DNA of 64,000 nucleotides from a virus. Below the pieces are notes generated by a model. The model had not been told where the DNA came from. It worked only from the letters and a program-made list of their open reading frames with translations, and did no database searches. Made by a program: the position numbers and the translations under genes. Below are positions 51,540-58,663 of the stretch, piece by piece (positions within the stretch are counted from its first letter, which is position 1; each line of letters begins with the position of its first letter). Location: IMG/VR virus record IMGVR_UViG_3300020468_000003, positions 1 to 64,000 of that record. One strand, written 5' to 3'.

Positions 51540-51574
51540 ATTATAAAGGATAAAGGGGGTACTTGTAAACCCCC
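51540..51574 (-). promoter_or_regulatory. Early-type promoter plus hairpin, without the palindrome (module 0)
   Basis: TTTACA, 18 bp spacer, TATAAT; GGGGGT/ACCCCC hairpin; start ATACACAAAC. Confidence 0.7.
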
Positions 51575-51586
51575 GAAAGGAAAATA

Positions 51587-51763
51587 TTAATCTTTGTCTG
51601 TATATTCTCCTTCTACAACTCTATTACCGTTAAGAGCATACCAGACTAACTGAGCATGTCCGAACTGTTGTGCCATGTCGTAACATAGGTCGAATCCGAA
51701 GTCATTTGTAACTTCTTCTTTAATATCTGTATTTGGAACTTCGATGAATTTTTGAATGAACAT
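51587..51763 (-). CDS. Small hypothetical protein (58 aa)
   Basis: Manual translation MFIQKFIEVPNTDIKEEVTNDFGFDLCYDMAQQFGHAQLVWYALNGNRVVEGEYTDKD. Confidence 0.7.
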   Translation of the reverse strand: MFIQKFIEVPNTDIKEEVTNDFGFDLCYDMAQQFGHAQLVWYALNGNRVVEGEYTDKD

Positions 51764-51800
51764 AATTTTTAAATTTGTTTTGAACTTTGTTTATACTTCT

Positions 51801-51862
51801 ATTATAAACAATTTTTTGTCTCTTTTGGGAAAATAGTGGACAGTTTGTTCGACTGTCCACTA
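51801..51862 (-). promoter_or_regulatory. Early module 1 (palindrome + -10)
   Basis: TAGTGGACAGT-TTGTTCG-ACTGTCCACTA at 51834-51862; TATAAT at 51801-51806, 29 bp from the GTGGAC arm. Confidence 0.85.
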
Positions 51863-51867
51863 CTGGT

Positions 51868-52158
51868 CTATCTTAGGTGTGCGTAGTTTCCTGCGGGATG
51901 TGGATTTGATTTAGTGTAACCAAATGAACTGAAAAACTGATCAAGTAGTTTGTAATCTAATTCCTGATTGAGTTCCCATTCCATTCTGCCATTCTTCTCA
52001 ATCCTTTTACCAGAGTAAAGTTCAACTTTGGCGATTGCTTGTACTCCCCATTCTTGAATCTCATCAACGAAAGTTGAGAAGTCTTCGCATAATTCTGCTA
52101 CGTCGTTAAAGTTGTCTACTTCTCTGATTCTGTTGATTAGTCTTTCTGTTTGATTCAT
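51868..52158 (-). CDS. Hypothetical early protein
   Basis: ORF track; AGGAG RBS. Confidence 0.75.
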   Translation of the reverse strand: MNQTERLINRIREVDNFNDVAELCEDFSTFVDEIQEWGVQAIAKVELYSGKRIEKNGRMEWELNQELDYKLLDQFFSSFGYTKSNPHPAGNYAHLR

Positions 52159-52186
52159 GGATGGATCTCCTTTTGTTTATACTACT

Positions 52187-52245
52187 ATTATAAACACTAT
52201 TCCCCCAGAAAAGGGGGTTTAGTGTGCACTTTGTTAACTGTCTAC
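52187..52245 (-). promoter_or_regulatory. Early module 2
   Basis: GTGTGCACT-TTGTTA-ACTGTCTAC, CCCCC/GGGGG hairpin, TATAAT at 29 bp. Confidence 0.85.
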
Positions 52246-52416
52246 TTGAGAGCATGCATAATCCCAAGGTGCGGGTTCGCATATTTTTTCAATCAGTGTG
52301 TCAAAGTCATTTTCTGATTCTGCGTCAACCCATCCATTCTCTATAAAAAATTGTCCCATTTTTACGAGGACTGATTCCTCTGCTTCAGTCATTGTCAATT
52401 CACGTTCCCATTTCAT
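52234..52416 (-). CDS. Acidic hypothetical early protein
   Basis: ORF track; stop lies inside the module 2 palindrome. Confidence 0.7.
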   Translation of the reverse strand: MKWERELTMTEAEESVLVKMGQFFIENGWVDAESENDFDTLIEKICEPAPWDYACSQVDS

Positions 52417-52577
52417 GATTCAATCTCCAAAGAATTAATAAAGTTTGTACAATAACGATTAAATCGTGTAAGAGATTCAAACGGTATTTGGTCGTCTTCT
52501 TCACCGACGTAGTAAAAAAGTTTGTTAATGTCGCTCTGAAAAGTCTCCAGAGCGATTTCGTTTTTAGTGTAACTCAT
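52413..52577 (-). CDS. Small hypothetical protein (54 aa)
   Basis: Manual translation MSYTKNEIALETFQSDINKLFYYVGEEDDQIPFES...; ATGA overlaps on both sides. Confidence 0.7.
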   Translation of the reverse strand: MSYTKNEIALETFQSDINKLFYYVGEEDDQIPFESLTRFNRYCTNFINSLEIES

Positions 52578-52792
52578 ACCAGTGAATCCAGTCTGGACTG
52601 TGGAATTTCTTTTCCATCTCTAGCACCCCACTTGTTGATATGGCGTGAAGTTGTTACTGACCAAAACTGCTCTGTTTTTACGAATCCTTCACCGAAGATG
52701 TAAGCAGCAACAGGTGTGCGGTATGAAAACAAAATTCTTGCTTCTTTTGTTTCAACCTCGGTCATGTTTGATGCGATTGGTGTGAGTTGCAT
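52574..52792 (-). CDS. Hypothetical early protein
   Basis: ILFSY.TPVAA...T...WS.TTSRHINKW; AGGAG RBS. Confidence 0.8.
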   Translation of the reverse strand: MQLTPIASNMTEVETKEARILFSYRTPVAAYIFGEGFVKTEQFWSVTTSRHINKWGARDGKEIPQSRLDSLV

Positions 52793-52818
52793 TGATGCTC
52801 CTTTTTGTGTATATGTTT

Positions 52819-52877
52819 ATTATAATAGAAAACCCCCAGTGAATGGGGGTTGAGTGGACACTTATTTAACTGTCTAC
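52819..52877 (-). promoter_or_regulatory. Early module 3
   Basis: GTGGACACT-TATTTA-ACTGTCTAC, AACCCCCA/TGGGGGTT hairpin, TATAAT at 29 bp. Confidence 0.85.
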
Positions 52878-53032
52878 TTGAGACCTGCTAATAATTCATC
52901 ATTCTTTCTTCTGAGTTCTTTTAACTCCGCACGATTAAAACGACGATAATCAATTTCGGTTGCAATTGCCATGCCTACCGTATATAATGCATAGCAGCCG
53001 CCAACTAATATTAAAAGTTCAATTCCTGTCAT
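52874..53032 (-). CDS. Small membrane-anchored hypothetical protein
   Basis: Probable start MTGIELLILVGGCYALY with AGGAGG RBS; hydrophobic N-terminus. Confidence 0.65.
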   Translation of the reverse strand: MTGIELLILVGGCYALYTVGMAIATEIDYRRFNRAELKELRRKNDELLAGLK

Positions 53033-53100
53033 TTTTGGGTTCCTCCTTGGGAAGTTGTTGTTGTTTGTAATTTTTAAGAAGTTCTGCGTAAACTTCTGGA

Positions 53101-53385
53101 TCAAGCGGTTGCATAAGACCTCCCGAATCTTTCGGCATAATATCCGATATTTACATAGTCCCTTTTAAGGGTGCATATCTGGGTAATGTCTGCCAGTGCT
53201 AAAAGATGGTCGGGTGTGTAAACTGATGGATCGTCCCATTCAGAAACCGCAACTGCATTTTCAACGTCCATAGTTGTACGTCCGAGTTCGTCCGTAACTG
53301 CGGGACAACTCATAAGAAGTCCATCTTCAGCAATCCAGAATCCCATTCCGAAAGAGTGTGAGTAATGAATTTCAGGTTTTGGCAT
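53101..53385 (-). CDS. Hypothetical early protein
   Basis: Probable start MPKPEIHY with GGAGG RBS, downstream of module 4. Confidence 0.7.
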   Translation of the reverse strand: MPKPEIHYSHSFGMGFWIAEDGLLMSCPAVTDELGRTTMDVENAVAVSEWDDPSVYTPDHLLALADITQICTLKRDYVNIGYYAERFGRSYATA

Positions 53386-53407
53386 TTGCCTCCGTGTGTA
53401 TGTCTTA

Positions 53408-53465
53408 ATTATAGTACCCATTAACAACGAATGGGAAAGTAGTGGACACTTTAACCAACTGGCAC
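53408..53465 (-). promoter_or_regulatory. Early module 4
   Basis: GTGGACACT-TTAACCA-ACTGGCACA, CCCATT/AATGGG hairpin, TATAAT at 28 bp. Confidence 0.85.
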
Positions 53466-54377
53466 AAAGCGACCACTATTAAAATTTGCGTATGAGAAAA
53501 TATGTCTATAAACTAATTTGTGCATACCGAACTTATTCGTCATTACGAATCCTTCGCCTATGTGCTTGTCATAACCTAAGTATGCTTGAACTGGATCGCT
53601 GTGAGTCAATCTGCTCATAACGTCCGCTTTAGTTTCTTGAACTAACTTCCAGTAGTTTATCAACCTTCCATGAATCCCGTAGTTAACGGGATCCACTTCT
53701 TTCCCTTCCCTATAGTCTTTATTTATTTGTTTCTTTAACTCTTTAGCGGTTTTATTATCTACGAACTGGATCCCCTTCGCCATATGTCTAATGAAATCAA
53801 TAGACGGTTTTAAGTTAGATATTGGATCGTTTTCTCTCTCCTTGACTTCTGCTCTGATGAATAAACAGTCGTCCATCTTTTCCCAGTTGTAATAATATGG
53901 AAAAGATTTCATAGGGTGTGCTTCAGCATTTGCAAGATTGTCTGTGCACTGTGTGGTGATGTATTGCGTGTGAGGTGCAATAATGATCTTTTGATCTACC
54001 ACGTCAGGGAATTTATATGTTAAGGTATTAGGTTTGTATTCATCAGAACCACCAAAACCAATAAAGTCCCCCTGAAAAACCATATAACCTAGATGGTGTG
54101 GTATGTGGTCGAAACACGCATGAAGAATTTTTGCAACTTCTCCTGTGTGATTTGCGTCAATATCCTTGTGTGAGTAATTGATCTTGATTTTGATCTTGTT
54201 AAAGACGCTTTTAGTACCCACGAAAAATCTGTGAGTCTTTGGATGATTACCCCATACAACTGCGGGTGCACCATCATATTTTAATGAGATGTTCCCACCA
54301 CCAGTAAACCAATCTAGCACGGATAAATCCCCTGTTAGGATTGTGTCTTCTGGATGTTCTAGGTGTGTGTTTTTCAT
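53451..54377 (-). CDS. Ligase/nucleotidyltransferase-like protein (KxDG family)
   Basis: HLEHPED, LKYDGAP (motif I), FQGDF (III), EGFVM (IV), HKLV (V). Confidence 0.65.
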   Translation of the reverse strand: MKNTHLEHPEDTILTGDLSVLDWFTGGGNISLKYDGAPAVVWGNHPKTHRFFVGTKSVFNKIKIKINYSHKDIDANHTGEVAKILHACFDHIPHHLGYMVFQGDFIGFGGSDEYKPNTLTYKFPDVVDQKIIIAPHTQYITTQCTDNLANAEAHPMKSFPYYYNWEKMDDCLFIRAEVKERENDPISNLKPSIDFIRHMAKGIQFVDNKTAKELKKQINKDYREGKEVDPVNYGIHGRLINYWKLVQETKADVMSRLTHSDPVQAYLGYDKHIGEGFVMTNKFGMHKLVYRHIFSYANFNSGRFVPVG

Positions 54378-54383
54378 ACCTTT

Positions 54384-54442
54384 ATTATAACGAATAAAAG
54401 ACCCTCTGTGTAGAGGGTGTGTGACACTTAATTAACTGTCAT
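54384..54442 (-). promoter_or_regulatory. Early module 5 (leaderless)
   Basis: TGTGACACT-TAATTA-ACTGTCAT, ACCCTCT/AGAGGGT hairpin, TATAAT 6 nt before the ATG. Confidence 0.8.
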
Positions 54443-54614
54443 AATCCGAGCCATCATATTCGCCTTCATAGTTATCATCGTAAATACGAACGGCTAACTC
54501 CGCATCTTGGCTTAATTTAATCCCTGCTCTATCAAGTGCTTCCCAAATCTTGTTAGAAATGTGGCTGTGTTCGTCTTCGGGGATATGTTGAAAAAGGTTT
54601 AAGTAGTTTTCCAT
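54432..54614 (-). CDS. Acidic hypothetical early protein
   Basis: ORF track; stop lies in the module 5 palindrome. Confidence 0.7.
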   Translation of the reverse strand: MENYLNLFQHIPEDEHSHISNKIWEALDRAGIKLSQDAELAVRIYDDNYEGEYDGSDYDS

Positions 54615-54889
54615 TAGAATTGCTCCCTCCTATCGTGGATAAATTCTTGCAATTCTTCATACGCACCTTCTTGATCTAATACCATAGGTGCAAGAAATTC
54701 ATACAAGTTTTCATCATAATCATCAATCTCATCTCTGATTTCATCCTCCGTGCATCTGTTCAATTCGGCAAGATAAGTTGTACGAATCCAGTCTGCCATT
54801 TGTTCGGTGTTCATATCGTTGATATAAAATTCAACGAATTCTTCCCTTAAGTCTTGGATTTGCTCTGCTGAAAATAATGATGTAATCAT
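54614..54889 (-). CDS. Acidic helical protein (paralog family A)
   Basis: LREEFVEFYINDMNTEQMADWI. Confidence 0.75.
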   Translation of the reverse strand: MITSLFSAEQIQDLREEFVEFYINDMNTEQMADWIRTTYLAELNRCTEDEIRDEIDDYDENLYEFLAPMVLDQEGAYEELQEFIHDRREQF

Positions 54890-55131
54890 AGTTCTAAAAG
54901 TTTTAAATTGAATGGTTTTAATTTATCATCGAAGAAATCTTCTCCTCCGAAATCTATCATTTCCCCGAATGCACCCTCTTGCCCATCAACAATTTTAATA
55001 TTTTCAAGGTTGTGGTGTAGATTGTCTCTTACATATTCTCTGAGTTGATTAACTTCCATATCTTCTACGAAGTCGTTAACCCAACTACGAACCAACTCAT
55101 CATATTTGGACTGTACCAGTTCTAACTTCAT
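54886..55131 (-). CDS. Acidic helical protein (paralog family A)
   Basis: LVRSWVNDFVEDMEVNQLREYV. Confidence 0.75.
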   Translation of the reverse strand: MKLELVQSKYDELVRSWVNDFVEDMEVNQLREYVRDNLHHNLENIKIVDGQEGAFGEMIDFGGEDFFDDKLKPFNLKLLEL

Positions 55132-55346
55132 GCTACCAACCCCTCTAGAACTAATTGTTGCTGTGGAATTTCTTCTTCTTTGATTTCTACAGTTTCATAA
55201 TCGAATTCTTCCCAATCAAAATCATAGTAATCCCAACCATTTTCTGCTTCCTCTTTGGCTTCTTCAAGACTACTTGCCTTAACTGTAAAGTACTCCATCT
55301 TAGTACATTTACGAGTTACATAAAACTCATGTTCATAAGGTTTCAT
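55128..55346 (-). CDS. Acidic hypothetical early protein
   Basis: V.A.S.EEA.E.A motif; translationally coupled. Confidence 0.75.
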   Translation of the reverse strand: MKPYEHEFYVTRKCTKMEYFTVKASSLEEAKEEAENGWDYYDFDWEEFDYETVEIKEEEIPQQQLVLEGLVA

Positions 55347-55489
55347 TAGAACTGCCTCCAGTGGTAAGAATTTTCTCCGTTAATCTGTTTGATTAACGCA
55401 TCTGCCTTTGCCTGATCTTCTTTTAGGAAGTCGTCTGCAAATTTGATCAAGTCTAATAGTCCTTGAACATCTTTGTTTTTGTTGTCCAT
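55346..55489 (-). CDS. Small hypothetical protein (47 aa)
   Basis: Manual translation MDNKNKDVQGLLDLIKFADDFLKEDQAKADALIKQINGENSYHWRQF; TAATG overlap. Confidence 0.7.
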   Translation of the reverse strand: MDNKNKDVQGLLDLIKFADDFLKEDQAKADALIKQINGENSYHWRQF

Positions 55490-55513
55490 GTAGAACCCCT
55501 TGTGTATGTCTTA

Positions 55514-55570
55514 ATTATAGTACCCATTAAATACGAATGGGAAAAAAGTGGACAGTTGTTAAACTGTCCT
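55514..55570 (-). promoter_or_regulatory. Early module 6
   Basis: GTGGACAGT-TGTTAA-ACTGTCCT; near-identical to module 4; TATAAT at 28 bp. Confidence 0.85.
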
Positions 55571-55999
55571 AGTTGTCTTTGGGATTTCTACGGGTTTCGT
55601 GTAGAATCCTGTAATCTTCCATGTCTCGTCGTCATGTGTGATGTCTGTTTCATACGCATGCCATTTACCTTTCAAGAAGATGTAAAGGAATTCGGAACCG
55701 CAGTCAATTTGTGCCAGTTCATCAAGATTTTTTGATAGGACTGGTCCCTCATCTTTCCCACCATAATATTCAACGTGACCTTCGCAATCCTCGAACTCTT
55801 CGGTTTCCTTGTTATACTTGCTTGTAGAAAAGCACGAAGACATATTGCCACCGTCGATGAGTTCGCGAACTGTCTCATCTGTGTTGTAGTGCTCTTCAAG
55901 AGTTACACCCAACCATTCAGGATATCCATCCCAGTGATGATAAACAGAAAGAATGGAATCATCTTGTAATACATAACCAATTCGTGAACGTGTTGACAT
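55559..55999 (-). CDS. Hypothetical early protein (HWDGYP family)
   Basis: MSTRSRIG...SVYHHWDGYP..LG..L...Y...LIDGG.MSS. Confidence 0.8.
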   Translation of the reverse strand: MSTRSRIGYVLQDDSILSVYHHWDGYPEWLGVTLEEHYNTDETVRELIDGGNMSSCFSTSKYNKETEEFEDCEGHVEYYGGKDEGPVLSKNLDELAQIDCGSEFLYIFLKGKWHAYETDITHDDETWKITGFYTKPVEIPKTTRTV

Positions 56000-56020
56000 A
56001 ATGTTTTTAAAAAATGGATT

Positions 56021-56139
56021 GTAGAGGTACTTGCACCAGAGTAATTAACTACTGGGGTCGATCTCGACATTTCAAGAGTGGGACTAAGATGCATCTGCCC
56101 TGTTAAGGTGTCTCCCGCTTCACTATCTCTGCCCTCTAC
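56021..56139 (-). ncRNA. Candidate structured RNA / 5' leader (~119 nt)
   Basis: Starts at the predicted TSS of module 7; terminal helix GUAGAGG/CCUCUAC; internal hairpins GUCGA-GA-UCGAC and CCAG...CUGG. Confidence 0.55.
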
Positions 56140-56145
56140 TCTTAT

Positions 56146-56203
56146 ATAATAAACGATTTTGAGTCGTTTTCAATAAAAAGTGGACACTTATTTAACTGTC
56201 CAC
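56146..56203 (-). promoter_or_regulatory. Early module 7
   Basis: GTGGACACT-TATTTA-ACTGTCCAC; AAACGA/TCGTTT hairpin; TATTAT at 28 bp. Confidence 0.8.
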
Positions 56204-56434
56204 TCTTGATTTTTTGAAGTCGCATTTCATGTAGTCTTGGACTTCATCAATAACTTCACCGAAGTAATCACCCCAATAATCCTTCGCATCATTTAGAAAT
56301 TCATCGTCAGTTTGACCATCAACATATTTGTCCATGTCGTTGTGAACATACTCAACTAAATCTTTAGTGTCCATGTTATCAACATATCTCTCAACAAAGA
56401 AAGATTTGAGCTCATTAATTAAGGCTTTGTCCAT
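56192..56434 (-). CDS. Acidic helical protein (paralog family A)
   Basis: Probable start MDKALINELKSFFVERYVDNMDTKDLVEYV (TAATG overlap). Confidence 0.75.
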   Translation of the reverse strand: MDKALINELKSFFVERYVDNMDTKDLVEYVHNDMDKYVDGQTDDEFLNDAKDYWGDYFGEVIDEVQDYMKCDFKKSRVDS

Positions 56435-56583
56435 TATCCCATTTCCTCCAATATTTGCTGTGCACGAACTCCTGCAACATACTGAGCATCTTCGCAATGT
56501 GGATCTAATCCTGCTTCTTCAATCTGTAATAGTAGATCTTCAAAGATTCCTTCTAGTAGTTCTTCGTTTGCTAGGCAACTCAT
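56434..56583 (-). CDS. Small acidic hypothetical protein
   Basis: Probable start MSCLANEELLE with AGGAG RBS. Confidence 0.7.
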   Translation of the reverse strand: MSCLANEELLEGIFEDLLLQIEEAGLDPHCEDAQYVAGVRAQQILEEMG

Positions 56584-56610
56584 TTTGATCTCCTTTGTTT
56601 GTATATTATT

Positions 56611-56667
56611 ATTATAAGTCCCCACTCTTACGAATGGGGATTTAGTGGACACTTTTTAAACTGTCCT
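56611..56667 (-). promoter_or_regulatory. Early module 8
   Basis: GTGGACACT-TTTTAA-ACTGTCCT, TCCCCA/TGGGGA hairpin, TATAAT at 28 bp. Confidence 0.85.
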
Positions 56668-57130
56668 ATAAGTACCCTGCAGATTCACATCCTGGTTCAT
56701 CATAGAACCACTGGATCGAAACTTTTTTATATTGTCGTTTCAGTTCAGAGGCAACGTCTTCGGGTGGAGCCCATGCTGTGTCGAAATGGATCTGGAAATA
56801 ATCCTCTTCGTCGTCTCCCCATTCGACTGCATCCTTACGAATGTCCCATTTAGTTCCCCAGTTATGAACATTCCAGTCGTACCATCTGTCATCATTTTTT
56901 CCATCTGGGAAGTAATAGGATTCATAGATGAGTTTGCCATCCTTATTAAATTCCTGCCTTAGAGATGGTAATTCACCTTTATCATTCGGCATTTTTTTCC
57001 AGTCTGGTGGTGGAATGATCTTGGCGAATGGATTGTCTTGAGAGAAAATTTCTCTGATCTCATTGATCTCTTGAACACTTTCTTCATCCCATCCAGATAC
57101 TGTTACTCGGTTACTGCACCAATTTGGCAT
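56666..57130 (-). CDS. DUF1281/YubB-like ferredoxin-fold protein
   Basis: MPNWC.N, WYDW...NWGTKWD, F.TAW.PP, YDEPG...AG. Confidence 0.75.
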   Translation of the reverse strand: MPNWCSNRVTVSGWDEESVQEINEIREIFSQDNPFAKIIPPPDWKKMPNDKGELPSLRQEFNKDGKLIYESYYFPDGKNDDRWYDWNVHNWGTKWDIRKDAVEWGDDEEDYFQIHFDTAWAPPEDVASELKRQYKKVSIQWFYDEPGCESAGYL

Positions 57131-57360
57131 TAGTTTAACCTCCAGTCAATCTTAAGGTATTCTGGATCAGCATAGTTCATCAACTGTTCTGGTTCCATGT
57201 CGAATATGAATTCTTCCATGAAATATTGAACTGAGAAGTTCCCTAATTCTTCAGCACAACGAAAGACCATTCCGATCTGTTCATTGTTTAGACCTAGAAC
57301 ATCAATACAGTAAGAGATGTCCTTTTCAAGATCTGAAATTCTTTTGGAAGATTTTTTCAT
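57130..57360 (-). CDS. Hypothetical early protein
   Basis: ORF track; SV.YF.EEF motif. Confidence 0.75.
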   Translation of the reverse strand: MKKSSKRISDLEKDISYCIDVLGLNNEQIGMVFRCAEELGNFSVQYFMEEFIFDMEPEQLMNYADPEYLKIDWRLN

Positions 57361-57385
57361 AAAAACCCTGTTTGTGTATGTTCTT

Positions 57386-57444
57386 ATTATAAAGGCAAAA
57401 GGGGGTCATGTAACCCCCTAGTGGACACTTTTTTAACTGTCTAC
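57386..57444 (-). promoter_or_regulatory. Early module 9
   Basis: GTGGACACT-TTTTTA-ACTGTCTAC, GGGGGT/ACCCCC hairpin, TATAAT at 29 bp. Confidence 0.85.
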
Positions 57445-57944
57445 CTTAAGTAAAGATATCCTCCTGCCCAATCTACGAAGTTTGGATCTAATAATTTTTG
57501 TAGATCCTTTGGTTCGCAAAATGAGAATCTAACGTGCTTTGTATGCGGTGCCTTCCATGATGCGGGTTTGTATACGTTACCTAGGATCGATGGATCCTTT
57601 CCTACGAATGCATGAACGCTACCGTCGCGATATTCATTCCTATCTTGAAAAGTGTCGAACTCTTCTTGAATGATTTTGTAATACTTCCTGCCTACCTCAT
57701 AACGAAATCTCATTAGATTCGCAGTCCCGTCTTTCATCGCGTCTAACTGTTGTTTCGCATAACTTGAAAGATCTTCGCGCTCTAACTCTAGATTTCTTGT
57801 TAAGGACCTCTTGTGGTAGATGCGATAATTCTCAGTAATTGCTCTACAATAATCTTTTATGTAAGATAAAAGAAACGTTTGATCCGTTTGCTTTACTGAT
57901 TTTCCAATGATAAAATCATTTTTGGATCCAATTACTTGTTGCAT
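57441..57944 (-). CDS. Hypothetical early protein
   Basis: Probable start MQQVIG downstream of module 10; GRKY.KI, SVHAFV, G.VYKPASWKAP, DWAGGYLY. Confidence 0.8.
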   Translation of the reverse strand: MQQVIGSKNDFIIGKSVKQTDQTFLLSYIKDYCRAITENYRIYHKRSLTRNLELEREDLSSYAKQQLDAMKDGTANLMRFRYEVGRKYYKIIQEEFDTFQDRNEYRDGSVHAFVGKDPSILGNVYKPASWKAPHTKHVRFSFCEPKDLQKLLDPNFVDWAGGYLYLR

Positions 57945-57965
57945 AAGATTTGTGTATGTAATACT

Positions 57966-58025
57966 AGTATAAAGTCCCCGCGCATGTAATGCTACGAAGG
58001 TTGTGCCACTATTTAAAGTGTCTAC
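57966..58025 (-). promoter_or_regulatory. Early module 10
   Basis: TGTGCCACT-ATTTAA-AGTGTCTAC; TATACT at 30 bp. Confidence 0.75.
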
Positions 58026-58246
58026 CACATGTCATCTGGTGTGTCATATGATGTAAAATCAGTCAGCCGTTTTTCTTCTCCTGCTTCTAGAGGTACCGAG
58101 AAGTTAATTTCAAACTCGTCGCTGTAATCTTTATAGTTGGTGATTTCCACGGGACATTCATTCAACCATTCTTGAAACATCTCATATTTTGTTTTACGTG
58201 GTTTCTTACGCATTTCGTCGTACATTGCCTGTTGATAAGTTTTCAT
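58022..58246 (-). CDS. Hypothetical early protein
   Basis: ORF track; F.EWL.ECPV. Confidence 0.75.
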   Translation of the reverse strand: MKTYQQAMYDEMRKKPRKTKYEMFQEWLNECPVEITNYKDYSDEFEINFSVPLEAGEEKRLTDFTSYDTPDDMW

Positions 58247-58449
58247 TTAAGTTGTACCTCGTAGTCAATAAATTTGATGCACCATCCTGCTGATGCTGTG
58301 ATCTCTTCAATAAGATCGTCTTCATCATCCGCGTCCCAAACACCGAGTGCGAGATCCCGCAATTCGATTTCCTCATCGAATGTGAGTTTGAATCCGTTGG
58401 CATAATCGTCATCGTAATCAAACTCAATTTCTGTTACGTTAAATTTCAT
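58243..58449 (-). CDS. Acidic hypothetical early protein
   Basis: VT.IEFD...W.ADDEDDL.EEIT..GWCI..IDY. Confidence 0.75.
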   Translation of the reverse strand: MKFNVTEIEFDYDDDYANGFKLTFDEEIELRDLALGVWDADDEDDLIEEITASAGWCIKFIDYEVQLK

Positions 58450-58583
58450 CTCGTAATGATTTCCTGTAACGATGCAAGATCATCCCAAGTTTCATCATCT
58501 TCTTGAATGAATGGACAGTCCATTGCTCTGTCGAGTGCAGTACTGAAGCGATCTAGTTGCTCATCAGTAAGTTTGAAGTTCAT
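58446..58583 (-). CDS. Small acidic protein (45 aa)
   Basis: Manual translation MNFKLTDEQLDRFSTALDRAMDCPFIQEDDETWDDLASLQEIITR; GGAG RBS. Confidence 0.7.
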   Translation of the reverse strand: MNFKLTDEQLDRFSTALDRAMDCPFIQEDDETWDDLASLQEIITR

Positions 58584-58605
58584 AGAAATCTCCGTGTATA
58601 AACTC

Positions 58606-58663
58606 ATTATAGACAAAAAAATCCCCCTTGCGGGGGACTAGTGGACAGTTTCTAGACTGGCAT
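58606..58663 (-). promoter_or_regulatory. Early module 11
   Basis: GTGGACAGT-TTCTAG-ACTGGCAT, TCCCCC/GGGGGA hairpin, TATAAT at 29 bp. Confidence 0.85.

Noticed and set aside
56021-56139. tRNA or hammerhead ribozyme
   Set aside because: No T-loop/D-loop consensus or CCA end, and no CUGANGA core on either strand.
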